The notes beneath the pieces are model-generated. The model did no database searches, was not told the DNA's origin, and saw only the letters and a program-made list of their open reading frames with translations. A stretch of DNA of 64,000 nucleotides, taken from Octopus vulgaris. Taxonomy: Eukaryota. Where the stretch lies: contig OX597823.1 of NCBI GenBank assembly GCA_951406725.2, positions 32,922,001-32,986,000 on the forward strand, given 5' to 3'. The position numbers and the translations under genes are program-made. Below, in pieces: positions 38,025-51,500 of this stretch (its first letter is position 1; each line of letters starts with the position of its first letter).

Positions 38025-39890
38025 AGCAGTCCTGGAGGACTCTGATGAACAAGAAGGGGCTTACGACTGATCCTGGTGAACCCCTACTTTTACCCTAAAT
38101 TCTTCACTCTACTCGTTGCCAACCTTCACCTTGCTGATACCATCCCTGTACATCCCTCTCACTAACCACTCATGTATCTCTAGTTTCCACACTGACCACC
38201 AGATAAGGGATTGAGGGACCCTGTCAAAGGCTTTCTCCAAGTCAACAAAAGCCATGTACAGAGGTTTGTCTTTAGCAATGTGTTTCTCCTGCAGCTGCCT
38301 TACCAGAAATATAGCATTAGTAGTGCTACCTGGCACAAAACCAAACTGCATCCCATCTAGGCTAATTCTCTCCCTAATTAGTTGCACTAAGACTCTCTCC
38401 ATAACTTTCATCACCTGATCCAACAATTTGATACTTCTGTAATTATTTCTATCCAAGGCATCACCTTTACCTTTCTAGCAGTCATTGGGTATGACTCCTT
38501 CATGAACTACCTGATTCACAATACTGTGACTAGACCATAACCCACACCACTTAAGTATATCGGTGATTCCTGATGGGCCAGAGGCTTTCCCTGTCTTTTA
38601 ATCCTTAATTGCTTTATCTACCAAGGTACTGTCGATTCAGATAGCTGGTTCCTCAATTGGGTCAACATTTGGCCAACTCTCCACATTCAGCAGTCTTTCA
38701 TAATGGAATTTCCAAGCCTCTTTCTTTGCAGAATCATTAAATGCAAGTGCACCATCATCCATGCAGACACATTTCTCTCCTATGACATCACAATTTTCTC
38801 ACACAATGTCTTGCAATCTAAAACACTTCAGCTCTTTCGTCCTCACACCGCCGAAAATAGGCAAATTTCTTTTCACCTTCTCCCTTGTCTAGATATACCT
38901 GTCTCCTAGCTTCCCTTCTGGCAATCTTATACAGTTCCCTGCTACCCCCACTTTTCCAGGCCTGTTTCTTTGCTCTAATGGCCCTGTCTACAGCATCATT
39001 CCACCACCATGTCATCCTAGGTTCGGATGGGACTTTGCACCAGTTGTAGATTTGGCCTGTGGTACTCAGTAAGCTGTCCTACAAAAATTCCCAGTTGCCC
39101 TATATTACAGGTCTGTAGCTCCTCCTCTCTCTCATCAAAGGGTCCTTAAGCTTCCAAATCCTTCTTTCCCAGATTGGCCTGGAGTCTAAAGTTACTAGAG
39201 GTGCATTCTTCATCAGGGAAGGTCTTTGTATTTAGGGGCAACCGTGCACCCCACTGTCTGACGAGAACATAATCTATTTGGCTACCATAGTTACCTGATT
39301 GGTAGGTTATCAGGTGGGTGGTTGGCTTCCTGAAGTTGGTGTTGCAGATCAATAGAGAATTCGCATGACAGAACTCCAGTAGCCTTGTTCTTCATTTTGG
39401 GAACCAATTGTACACCAGGCTGCCATCCTAACATGCCCATTGAAATCCCCCAATCATAAAGATCATTGTCACTCGTCTTTGAGGTAGCCTGCAGAAGAAT
39501 ATCATAAAAGTAGTAGGCCCACTTGGCGGGGGAGGGGAGCATAGGCAGAGATAATTATTGCTATACTATTCTGCAAGACTAGCCTGAGCTTAAGTACTTT
39601 ATCACTCACTCTGACTACCTCTATGACCTTATCCACCCATTTCTCTGCCAGGAATATATCCCATCACTGTTACCTTCCCAGATTTTATAACTATGTGTCT
39701 TGCCAGTGAGGAACCTGGCTGAAGCTCTTCTCTACCTTACCCCTTGAATGCAACAAACATCAACACGCCTCCATTCAAACATCCTAACAAATTTGCTAGA
39801 CCTACCTTTCAATGTGCCTACATTGACAGTGCCAACTCTGAAAACTGGGAAAGGGACATGGGAAGGAGAGGTGGTATTCAGCACCTGAAA
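38025..39890 (-). mobile_element. RTE-clade LINE, duplicate copy retaining the APE N-terminus
   Basis: RVGTVNVGTLKGRS...RRVDVCCIQGVR plus the same motifs as 27240-29586. Confidence 0.9.
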
Positions 39891-41333
39891 AGATTTCAAT
39901 GACCATTTGATAACACACGTCATATCAGTTGTTTTCACTTTAACTTACTATCATTCAAATTTAAATATATGTAATTTAAAGGATTAAAAAATAGTTTAAA
40001 AAATTAACAAAACAAAACAATTTCTTTAAAGTTTGCATTATCAGAGAGCAAAAATTTTTTTTTATTTACAGTTAGAAAAATATTTAAAAACATGAAAGTT
40101 AATGAACAAATTCAGTGCAAAATGACACCCTAGATTTGAAAGAAAAAAAACTTAGTGGTTATAATTGTTAATTTCACTTAAATTACTATTTTTTTTTTTT
40201 TTGAAATATATAAATTTGTAATATCAAAATTTTCATGTGTAAACTTGCAGGCAATTAGTCTTAAGTAAAAATAAAAAATATTTTTTATTTTTGGATTTGG
40301 TTTGCATGATTGTTTGTGAGTTCCTTTAGTTGCGTCCCTTATGCCAAGTTCAACTTTGCCATTATTTTTCCTGTGATGCCGGTGTTATTACAATCGATTG
40401 AACACTTTTCAAAATATTACCCAACCATGATCGTACTGTGGTCATATGAATGAAATTAGTAAAAGCAAACGGCATGCAGAAAAAGAGTCTATGAGAAGAT
40501 AATCTTCTGTGGAATTCACGGTGGAATATACATTCAGATAATTGTACAGAAATAGATTTTAAAAATAGAATAAAGTAACAAAAAATAACAAATTTGATAA
40601 CGTCCTCATTGAAAAACTGAAGGGAAATTAAATCGGTGTTCAAAGAAACGTTCAAAGGTTTAGTTCATATATCGATATCACATCTTCCTCCGATGAAAGA
40701 TACTGTCAGAAATATTGGGCTTCTCTTGTTGATAACGCACTCAAACTGATTTCGAACATTTTTTCTTGTTTTTTTTTTTTTTGTTATTTACTGATCGAAC
40801 TATCACAGACTTCATCGGATTCAACTGTATCGCTTATTTACACCGAATAGAGATGTGTGCGTGTATGCACGCAAGACATTCCTATAGAATAGAGTCAAAA
40901 ATTATCTAGAACACCAAGAACTGTATTTTCCTTGAATATGTGTAAATAGCATCGAAAACTACGATTCTGCAAAAAATAAACAAAGAGGAAATTCCGTCCC
41001 CGTTTGTCGTAATTCTTCAGTTTCCAATTTCGACCTTTTCAATTTTTGTCTTTTCTTTATATTTTTGTTTAAGAATTACACCTTTTTTTCCAAGAATCAA
41101 AATCTGAAGTGTTTAAAACGTAAATATAAAATATTTTCAAAAGAAAATCAAAACTGAAATATTACATAAGTTTGGGGCAAAAGTTCACCCCTATACTCTT
41201 TTAAGAATCGTAATCTACAACACTAAAATCAAACGGAACCGAAGAGATTACAGCTCTCAGCGCACTAGATATACGTGAAAAAGCCAAGTTTTTCTTTCTG
41301 TTTCATTGCTTCCGCCTATTTTAATACGGAACC

Positions 41334-42314
41334 TTACAAAAACGTTTTTTCTTTAACGAAGGGTTTGGACATTTTGTCATATTTTGCGTCCTGGAATATT
41401 CGTCGTAATTTTTCATAGTTTGGTTGTTCATCGTATTTTAGTTTTTCAATAGTTTTGAAGTAAGTTCTTAAAGTTTCAAATGGAATTTTCGAAAGATTCT
41501 GTAAAAGCACTTCCTTCTCATGTTTCACTTGTTCTTTATTTTCCGAGTATTTCTTCCAAGGTAAACTCCCTGTAAGCCATTCATACATACAGAATCCCAG
41601 AATTTGTAAATCTCCTCTTCGGGATGGACAAGCACCTTCATGCGCATCTAGACTGGTATACAACAACGTTCCATTGTGAGCATTCTTCTTCTCTGGTTTA
41701 TACACCTTGTGATTCTTATCTATAAATATCTTCGAAGCCAGACCATAATCTATCAGATACACCTTATCTATTTTATTACTGTCTGCAGCAAATAAAATAT
41801 TACCGGCTTTCAGGTCGGCATGGACGTAGCCATGGTGGTGGATACACTCTAAAGCATCTATCATTTGTTTGGCAACACAATAAACTGTAGATTCATTGAG
41901 ATGAGATCCATTTTCTTCCAAAAATGTACGGAGATTTTTACCGTATTTAGGTATAATTATGAATCGATACTGCTTGCTTTTATATTCATGTATGCCGTTT
42001 GCTATGAATTCCGGTATGGCAAGATGAGCCAAACGTTTACCTTTTAAATAATTTTGTATAATATTTGGTCTGGCAATTGTCTGTAAAGCATGTAATTCAT
42101 TAAAGAGTGGGCCGTTACCAATGGGTTCGACTTTAGCAACATCTTCTTTGGCCGGTGAAGAACCAACTTGTCTGGCTGTGTAAATTAAACCAAAACCGCC
42201 GAAACCAATCTTTTTTATAATGGAATATCTCTTTCTATCAACAGACTCTAAGATCTCACTTGCTGGAAATTCTGCTGCATGTTTGTATCCTGTTGCTGCC
42301 CGAATCTTCTTCAT
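41334..42314 (-). CDS. Intronless VRK1-like kinase, copy C, 326 aa, tail-truncated
   Basis: Kinase domain intact and nearly identical to copy B; ORF ends about 20 aa after the domain. Confidence 0.92.
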   Translation of the reverse strand: MKKIRAATGYKHAAEFPASEILESVDRKRYSIIKKIGFGGFGLIYTARQVGSSPAKEDVAKVEPIGNGPLFNELHALQTIARPNIIQNYLKGKRLAHLAIPEFIANGIHEYKSKQYRFIIIPKYGKNLRTFLEENGSHLNESTVYCVAKQMIDALECIHHHGYVHADLKAGNILFAADSNKIDKVYLIDYGLASKIFIDKNHKVYKPEKKNAHNGTLLYTSLDAHEGACPSRRGDLQILGFCMYEWLTGSLPWKKYSENKEQVKHEKEVLLQNLSKIPFETLRTYFKTIEKLKYDEQPNYEKLRRIFQDAKYDKMSKPFVKEKTFL

Positions 42315-42831
42315 TTTGATTTAAGCGTTAGTCGTCGCTAGCCTGAAACCGCTTTTATGGTCATATGTTTTTCCCAGAAAATATTTCCGGAAAAGTAAAA
42401 TAAATAAATAAAATTCTGGTTGTAGTTTAATATTATTTTCTTCTTCATTCCTGTAATGTGTCAACTTCGAAATTCAGCACCTATTTAGGACTTGCCAGAA
42501 GACCCTAACTTTCACACAACCAAGACCAACTTTTATTCAAATGAATTCTTCAATAGATTCCAAGCTTTTGAAAGTTACATGTCATTACGTACATATAATG
42601 ACTGACAGCAGCATTTTGTGTCAGCAGGGATGGGCCGTATTCTGCAACTTGTTTGTAGTGAAAGTTCAAGTTGCATGATAAAATGGCGCTAATTTCGTAT
42701 TTGTTGATTTCATTTGTTCTGTTCATTAACGCCAAGTTTCAGGTTGATATTGATGTATGTTATATGAGAAACACGGATGATTATTTATTTATTTATATCA
42801 TAAAGCTATTTTCTTTTATTTTGGGGCTGAA

Positions 42832-43445
42832 GGATCTTTTCCTTTTGAACGGCACACGTCAACACAATTTCTAGTTAACTAAACACTTTTAAACTTCGTA
42901 TACTGGTAGAATGTGTTTATAAAACATCATTTTTTCTTGGCTTTATTGAGAAAATTCTATATGTTGTAACATATTTCGTCTTTAATTTCGAGCATTTCGG
43001 CAATTTTAACCAATCGCTGACCTCCATTTAGGTAAACAAATTCTGTGCTGTATGAATATGTCCCTTGTTTAAGAAACAGATTGGGTATATTTACATTTGT
43101 GAAGAAAAAAAGATACCCTACCTCCACCCCTAACCTTAACCCTAACCCTAACTCTAACCCTAAATCTAAAATAGATTGATATGCAATAGATCGATACTAG
43201 GGCCATAATTATGGGTGACATTTTCATTTGACACCTGCTAGAAAAAAATCCCATTTTCCGTAGCGGTGTCGTATGAAATTGTCACCCATAATTATAACCC
43301 TAGTATCGATCTATTGCATTTCAATCTATTTTAGAGTTAGGGGTGGGGGAAGGGTATCTTTTTTTGTAAATAAACCCAATCTGTTTAAAAGTGTTTAGTT
43401 AACTAGAAATTATGTTACAAAGTGCCGTTCAAAAGGAAAAGATCC
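42832..43445. mobile_element. Fold-back MITE, duplicate of 33070-33701
   Basis: Same TIRs and flanks. Confidence 0.85.
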
Positions 43446-44047
43446 TGGCTGAATATGCCAGAAGGGGCAGAGACCATGCTCGTTGTTGCAAACCTTCCAA
43501 CAATGGTGGGATTGATGGTATTAATGCAGAACCAAGTTTAAACCATAGGGGGCCCGGGGCACTTCAAATTTGGTAAGCCCCTCATACGCAAGAATTAAAA
43601 TCTTGGAAAATTGGCTCTAATTTAAATCTCAAAACCCATCTATTGCATCTATTTGACGAGTCAGCAGAGAAAGTTTAAATACACGACTGAAAACGTCGCT
43701 TCATAGCTACACTTTTCGAAATTCGAATTTTGTTCCCCTCACCTATCCACTTGCAGTGTCTCTTCACTGTGAAAAGTACAATGAAGGAAACAAGAGGGAA
43801 AGTTTTTTTCTTTAATGCGAGTTAGAATACGATAAAATGATAAAAAATTACGAAAAAGAAAAATATATGATTTTAGCAGTTGTACAGTGTGTGTGGTGGG
43901 GGGAGGGGGGCAGAGAGACAAGCATTTAAAAGATCTGAATTTTAAAAAAAATTGTTTTAAAATAGCTTCTATTCGTTGTTTCACAGTGCGTGGGAAAAAA
44001 GAAAAAGAAAGGAAAACCCTAACAAAAACAAGGAAATTCCAATATAT

Positions 44048-45380
44048 ATGGGACAGCTATTCCAAAACTAATCCTGTCCTCAGCTCAGTGAGAGAGAAGG
44101 TCCCACAACTCTACTGCCTTGCATGGCAGGCTTATCAGGAGCCCTTCTATCTCTCTTTCAGTGACTAAATCATCACTTCTGCCTCAGGAGTCCAGCAGGG
44201 TTCCCCACTTGGGCCCAAACTGTTTGCACTGGGCATTGATGACCTACTCGGGCCCACTCTGTTTGCACTGGGCATTGATGACATCACCAAGATAGGCGTT
44301 GAGCTAGACCTCAATCTCTGGTATTTCAATGATTCTTGTTTGTAGGGACCTCTGGACAAGGTTCTCGCCATTGCTAACATGATAGTTGGGGAGCTTGGTT
44401 GCCGGGCTCTCCAAGTAAACAGTTCCAAATGTGAGCTCTGGATCCTCAATCATCCAGTTTCTCAACATCAACCAACTATTGAACTTTTTGCAGAATCCTT
44501 CCCTTCCATTGCAGTCCTTTTCCTATCAGCTTAGTGCTCCCTAGGAGCCCCAATCACTGACCTTGCCTTTGAGTCCATCTTCCAGTCAAAGATGGCTGCC
44601 CTTGATCAATTGCTGAAAAATATTGAAGCTGTCAAAACACATCAAGGTTTTTTCATAATTAGGAACTACTTCTTGATCCCTAAAATTCTATATTTACTCA
44701 GTCAGCTCATCTTACCAATTCCCATTGTGCCTCCAATGTTTCAACAACCTAATCTTTGAGAGACTCAAATGCTTGGTCAATGTCAGACTCTCTCCAATGT
44801 CCTGTGATCAGGCTGCATTGCCCAAGTGATTTGGAGCTCTTGGTCTTCATAAGTGTTCATCCCTCTCTCTCCCCTGCTTCCTTTCCTCCACCCATGCCTG
44901 CTCCACCCTTGTGAGCAAAATCCTCTCCTTTCTAGCATGGACCAGTTCCAACAGGGAATTAGACGAAGCTCTCCAACACTGGAGGGAATAGGGCTTGTCT
45001 TCTCCTGAGAAGGTGGAGGACTGTTGGAGTCAGAGAGCTTGGGACAACATAATTTCAAAGGCCACCTTTGACTCCCTCTTCATCCAGTCAGACCAGTTTT
45101 CAAGGTACCACTTACTGTCTGCTATCACCAAATACTCAGGTGACTAGATTGATGCCATCCCTGTGGCTAATGTTGGTGGCCTACTCAGCTTGGACGGGTG
45201 GGGTCAGATCACTAACTGCAAGATTCCTGTCTTCACTGGCAACTCGCCTTACAGAGATAACTGGTGAGGGTGCTTGGCTGTTCCAGACTTGCCATCACCC
45301 GTGGCAACGCTGCAACTGTGCTGGCATGTCTCAATAGCCATTAGAAAGGTTTCCCAGCGTCCCCAACTTTTCAACCCAAG
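44048..45380 (+). mobile_element. CRE-like retrotransposon fragment, duplicate with internal deletion and 3' end
   Basis: Matches 34305-35433, then jumps to ARFLSSLATRLTEITGEGAWLFQ, resembling the CRE ORF C-terminus. Confidence 0.68.
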
Positions 45381-45939
45381 GTAGTGAATTGTTTTGTTTT
45401 TTTTTCCTTTTTCTCTTTCTTCTTTCTTTTTCCTTTTTAATTTTTTTCAGTGGTGTTCTCTGTTTTGTCCAGTTTTCAAGTTTGATTTTGTAAAACAGTA
45501 AACACTGTGAAGGCAATAAAAATTTTAATTAAAAAAAAATATTTACTGCATTTTTACTTTGAGAAAAAATTTTTTTACAAAACCTACTTAACAAAAATTA
45601 CATCAGTTAAACAAATAACCTTCTCTAGATGCATTAAGAAAACATTATAACATATTCAGAACATTATTTTAGGAAAATATCTCTGTTTTCTTAGAGTGTA
45701 TAGACAACAAATTTAGATTGGGCAAAATGAGTGAGGTAAATTTGCTTCTTCAATTCTTTGAAATTACATTTGAAAAAGAAACTCATATACATCAATATCT
45801 ATTCTTATGCACCAGAAAGATCAGAAATTCAACAAAAATTAAAAATTTAGGTTAAATGAAAGACAGTCATGGAAAACTGGCACTAAATGAAATAATGGAA
45901 CTTGACTAAATCAAAAAATTGAACAAAAAATATTCTCTA

Positions 45940-46270
45940 AGTGGCTGTATGGTAAGTAGCTTGCATTACCAACCACATGGTTCCAAGTTCCGTCCCACTG
46001 TGTGGCACCTTGGGCAAGTGTCTTCTACTATAGCCTCGGGCCGACCAAAGCCTTGTAAGTGGATTTGATAGATGGAAACTGAAAGAAGCCCATCATATAT
46101 ATGTGTATATATATATATATATGTGTGTGTTTGTTCCCCCCCAACATCACTTGACAACCAATGCTGGTGTGTTTACATCCCCATAACTTAGCAGTTCAGC
46201 AAAAGAGTCCGATAGAATAAGTATTAGGCTTACAAAGAATAAGTCCTGGGGGTCAATTTGCTCGACTAAA
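45940..46270 (+). mobile_element. SINE family A
   Basis: Colinear with 55935-56334. Confidence 0.85.
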
Positions 46271-48836
46271 TTTTTTTAAATCTCAGTTTAAAATATGGTC
46301 AGTTTGAATTCTTGGTTTAAATCCCAGTAACAGACCAACAAATGTATTTATGGGGAGAAAGCCATTGAAAAATATACACCAGAGTGACAAACAAATGAGT
46401 GGGGATCAGATTATTGAGAGTGAAAAATACAGCTAAATAGCCCTCAAATCATTCACAAAAATTTTGGGTGTTTTTTTCATAATTGTTTGAATTGCCAAGT
46501 GTTGAATAGAAATTCACAAAAATTTTCTGGAAATTTCAAAAATAGAAATGTTGTAAGGGGTTATATGGAGTGCTTAAAGCAGAATTCCACCTGGCTTTCT
46601 TCCTGATACATTTATGCACCATACAATTAAAGAAAAGAAATCATTGTAATTAGTCATTACTCATTTTGCACCAATTTACCCCCTTTTTTTTTTAAATTGA
46701 AAATTATGAAATTGGACATTAATGTGGATAAAGATAGATGTGCTGTCCAATAGAAGAAAGAATATTGATTATTAAACACAAAAAATTATCTGGAAATTTT
46801 ATTAGCAACCCCAATTACAATTTGGTCAAAACCGAGGGAAAATTTCTTTAAAATAAGTTCCTGTTATTTGGCTGTTTCAAACTCTCTCAACAACTATGGT
46901 GACCAATGTTTACTCCCAAAGATGATGCAACAGTTCAAAATGGTTATGCAATACTTGCAATGTAATGCTTTGAAACAGATAATGAAAAAATAAGAAGAAA
47001 TTGGTAATTACTCATTTTGCCCCGATCCCCTATGTATCTGACAAAATGACAAAAAATATTGACGAAAGGAAGAAAGAAAAAGATTCAATGTAACGAAAAA
47101 CGTGAGCATAAATGCAATGATTCTAAAGCCCCAACAAATGCTTTGAGCTGTTGAGAAATGTAATTTTATAATTAAAACTAAATTCGAAATTTAAATTTAC
47201 AAACATATTCCTTACTCACGTTTGTAAAATAAGATCAGTTTTCAATGCCTCACTGAAACTACGATGTTTACAAGTGGCAATGTGTATGTGTATGTGTGCC
47301 TTTAATTGTAAGTAGTCAATCCAAGGTCATCATCATCATCGTTTAACGTCTGCTTTCCAATGTGTTGAAAAAAGGAATTTGAACTAGAGACAATAACTTC
47401 TTTCTATCTATCTCTTTATCTTTACATACATTCATACTCTCTCTCCGCCCCCTACACACAAACACACATTTTTAGTAGGGTTTTGTCATTTTCCTTTTCT
47501 CAGTCATCCCCAAAGTAGCCACAATGGAATTGTAGCTGCTTTTGGGACTAGGTAGTAAAATGTTTTTTTAATTGAATGAATTGGTGCTGCTAATGTGGAG
47601 AAATCTATGGTTATTTATCAAAAAAGAGGATCCATTACATTTTTAAAGATATGTTTGTATATTGAAAGAGAGCCATGCATGCAAGATTGCTGGGAGGTGG
47701 GGGCCATTCTGTATTGAGCGCTCCATACTCTTCATAGCAGTCCCACTCCTGTACTGAGTGGGGTAGGGCAACTGCCCCATTTGTTCCCTATAAATCTAGC
47801 CCTGCCTGCATGAAAGACAGGAAGAAGGAGAAGATTCCAGGGGGCCAATGTTCTGGGAAGGAAAGACTGGGTATAGTGGTTAGTGCAGGAGATAGGAGTT
47901 TAGGTGCACCAAGGATGACAGGATAGAGAGATGAGTGGAACACCAAACGGCAGAGCAGCTTTTCATTGGATGTAGTCAAGAATGTCAGCACCACTGTCCA
48001 AGATGTAGGACAGTACTCCACTGTGAGCCTCACTTCGACCTGGTAGAGTGTCAACAGCCGTTGATGGTTGAAATATCTTCTGGTCTTAAGGCGGCAAGCT
48101 GGCAGAAATGTTAGCATGCCAGACAAAATGCTTAGTGGTATTTCTTGTCTTTACGTTCTGAGTTCAAATTCTACCGAGGTCAACATTGCCTTTCATCCTT
48201 TCAGGATCGATAAATTAAGTGCCAGTTGTGTACTGTGGTCAATCTAATTGACTGCCCCCCTCCCCCAAAATTTTGTGCCTTGTGCCTAGAGCAGAAACGA
48301 ATATTTTCTGGTCTTAAAGAGAAGAGCCAGTCTTTGGGATGTGGTCCTGGAGAGCAATTACATCATTAATTAACAGCTTCTTATTAGTTCACTGCATTTC
48401 ACAGAGAAGGAGTGAGAGAGAGAAGGGAGTGTCTATACCTGGGTGCAGAGCAACTATTACTTATGACTTCATTCAAGAAGCATAAATTTTTCATTTTTGT
48501 TTCCGATCTTTACAACCTTTACTGATTCAGGCAACAGACATGTTATCATAGGAGGCTGAACTGAAAAGTTCACAGGCCAACTATGTAGGAGTGATGCTAT
48601 ATATTGTCAGCTCCAGCTCGTATTTGAGTATTGACCCAATGCCTATTTTTTACATAATGAATTTACCTACCATATATACTATATCATTTTGCATAAAACT
48701 TTAGCTATATTGGTACTTCTGGTTCTCATTTGTAAGTATTCTAGTGTGTCAATAAATTATTTTAAAATTCTGCTGGTCAAAGCGAAAAGATCCTATATAT
48801 ATATGTGTGTGTGTGTGTATTATTATTATTATTATT

Positions 48837-49135
48837 GTTTAATGTCTGTTTTCCATGCTAGCATGGGTTGGACGGTTCAACTGAGGTCTGGGAAGCCAGG
48901 AGGCTGCACCAGGCTCCAGTCTGATCTGGCAGTGTTTCTACAGCTGGATGCCCTTCCTAACGCCAACTACTCCGTGAGTGTAGTGGGTGTTTTTTATGTC
49001 CCACCGGCTCAAGGGCCAGAGGAGGCTGGCAATGACCATGATGTGTTGGTGCTTTTTACGTGTCACCGGCATGGAAGCCAGTCAAGGTGGCGCTGGCATC
49101 GGCCACGTTCAAATGGTGCATTTTACGTACCACCA
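48837..49135 (-). mobile_element. RTE 3'-tail repeat
   Basis: ttaatgtctgttttccatgctagcatgggttggacgg...gatgcccttcctaacgccaac; same as the 8827-9250 tail. Confidence 0.85.
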
Positions 49136-49439
49136 TGTGTGAGTGTGTGTGTGTACAGGGTGCGGTGGATAAAATGTCATTTTATACTTCTAATTTCGCA
49201 CATGTGGTGTACACCGTTTTTGTCTTGAGGATCACCAGACCACCTATCTACAGTGTGTTACAAAGTAGGTCCTCTGGCAGACTTTACTGGTGCATTTTTA
49301 TTTATTTATTTTAAAAAAATTTTATAATCAGTCACTGTGTTGTGGTTCATTTGCACCTCTTCCCTATAGAAAAGTATAATTGTTAGTTATTTCACTAAAC
49401 CATAAATAACAGTTAAGAGCGTTCTCCATTCGGTGGAAC

Positions 49440-50068
49440 ATAATTTCTAGGTAACTAAAAAGTTTTAAACTTCTTATACTGGTAGAATGTGTTTATAAAA
49501 CATCATTTTCTCTTGGTTTTATTGAGAAAATTCTATAGTTTGAAAGATATTTCGTCTGAAATTTCGAGCATTTCGGCAATTTTAACCAATTGATTACCCC
49601 CATTGAGCTAAAATCATTTGCTGCGTCTAAAACTGAGACAACATCCTGTCACTAACCCTAAACCTAAATTTTTTTTTCCTTAATTGTTAAATTAATTTAA
49701 TTGTTATGCGTGTAAAAAAAACGTATACAGAAAGCGTGTGTATAAAATTATAGAATTATTTTGTTTGTTAATTGTTTAAATTATTTTCCATTGCTTTCGT
49801 TTTTTTTACACGCGTAACAATTAAATTAATTTAAAATTTAGGGTTAGGGTAAGGGTAGGGTTAGTGACAGGATGTTGTCTCAGTTTTAGACGCAGCAAAT
49901 GATTTTAGCTCAATTAGAGGCGATTCATTGGTTAAAATTTGAAAAATTAAACTACGTTAAACAAACGAATTACAATTTTCTCAAGAAAGCCAAGAGAAAA
50001 AATGTTTTATTTTGACACATTCTACCAGTATACGAAGTTTTAAAGTGTTTAGTTAACTAGAAATTGTG
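49440..50068. mobile_element. Palindromic fold-back element of the same MITE group
   Basis: Left taatttctaggtaactaaa...ttttaaacttcttatactggtagaatgtg...gacaacatcctgtcactaacccta is mirrored by tagggttagtgacaggatgttgtc...acattctaccagtatacgaagtttt...ctagaaatt. Confidence 0.8.
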
Positions 50069-50979
50069 TGCCATTCGGTTGTACAATTATTGTTGGCTTA
50101 AATTTCTTTCGTTTCGATAAGTTCACTCACGCTAGTTCATTATGTTGTTATGGAAATATATTGCAATGCCGACTTCCGGCGTGTCAAAAATGGTTGTATC
50201 TGATTGGCTGAAATTAGAAAAAACAAATCATTCTTGAAAGGTTAATAACATCTTTATTTTTAATTTTCTCCAAAACTGGTTATGATTTTTGTTATTAGCA
50301 TCGAAAATTACTCCTGTGTTGGAATTTCAAAAAAACTCAGATCTGTTATGTGAAACCGAACAGATCCCATTTTATCATTAAAGTCCTGATTTTCATACCA
50401 ATTGTTCTTACTTTTTTACTAGGTGATTTAGAACCCACTCTTGCGTTAATTTTGAAGTATGATCCACTCATTCTATATTGAACTACCTACTCATTGTATT
50501 ATAGTGTATCTGGTACCTTTTGTTGCATAATTGCTAACTTTAACGTAATTTTCAGGTAAATTCAGAGCAGCATAAGGTTAGGTCTTCGAATCACTGATAG
50601 AAGCCACCCCGCAAACCTCCGTACAGTAGTTGCCTGTTTCTTATAGTATGGTTAATACATTATGTAAAGAAAAGTTACATTATTTAATGATTTAAAAATC
50701 AAACCATATTTATATCGAACAATTTTTACTTTCTAAAGTAAATTTGTAACTATAAAACACTAGAAATTGTAGAATTTTACGAGAATTAGTATATCTTTTT
50801 AGTAATTCTACGCACTATTATATATTGACTCTTAAAATTAAACCCTTATGAGTGTATTTAACTTTACTACTTATTTGAACAGAAAATCTTCAAACAAAAA
50901 AAATTTCTTGAAATATAAAAGACGAGGAAAGAATCATGTAAAGATTTTAGAAGAGAAATTTCAGACGATAAAATATATT

Positions 50980-51313
50980 CGTACATTTCCGTAAATACTA
51001 TACTACTAGTTTGACGTTGGTTGCCGAAATCTAACGAAAATTTTCGTCAGCAATCGACATGTAGTTGGAAAGACGCAATATTGTCTGTCCGATGTGAGGA
51101 GGGGTAGCAGTAACAGCATGTAACTGCATACAGAGAGGGAATTAAAAAAAAGAGTGTAAGTACGAGAAAGAGAGCGAGGGAGGAGGTAATAATGAGTGAG
51201 AGGAGGAGGGAAACGTGAAAAATGTGAAGCGGTGAGAACAGAACTAAAACATTATTTATTGTAAGAAATTCACTGTGCTAAGACGAAACTATTTAACTGT
51301 AAGGGATTCGCAG
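50980..51313 (+). promoter_or_regulatory. Candidate promoter and non-coding first exon of CHID1
   Basis: Locally CpG-rich, repeat-free, ends in a good donor cag|gtatgt at 51313/51314; the CHID1 ATG exon has its own upstream acceptor, which implies an upstream exon. Inference. Confidence 0.45.
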
Positions 51314-51465
51314 GTATGTAATTTTATTAAAATAAAGATATTAATAATCAGACAAGAAAAGGAATTGCAAGCAAACTAGATGTTGTATTAAACATTTGAA
51401 AGAGACTATGTATAAATACTAATATATACACACTGGAAATGAGGCATGTATGCATAGTGAAAGTC

Positions 51466-51500
<35 letters not shown>

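Larger units (their letters stand above)
35594..45196 (+). repeat. Tandem segmental duplication, copy 2 (~9.6 kb)
   Basis: Colinear with 24880-35433; shorter mainly because it lacks the 502-bp RTE duplication and the 48-bp minisatellite. Confidence 0.95.
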
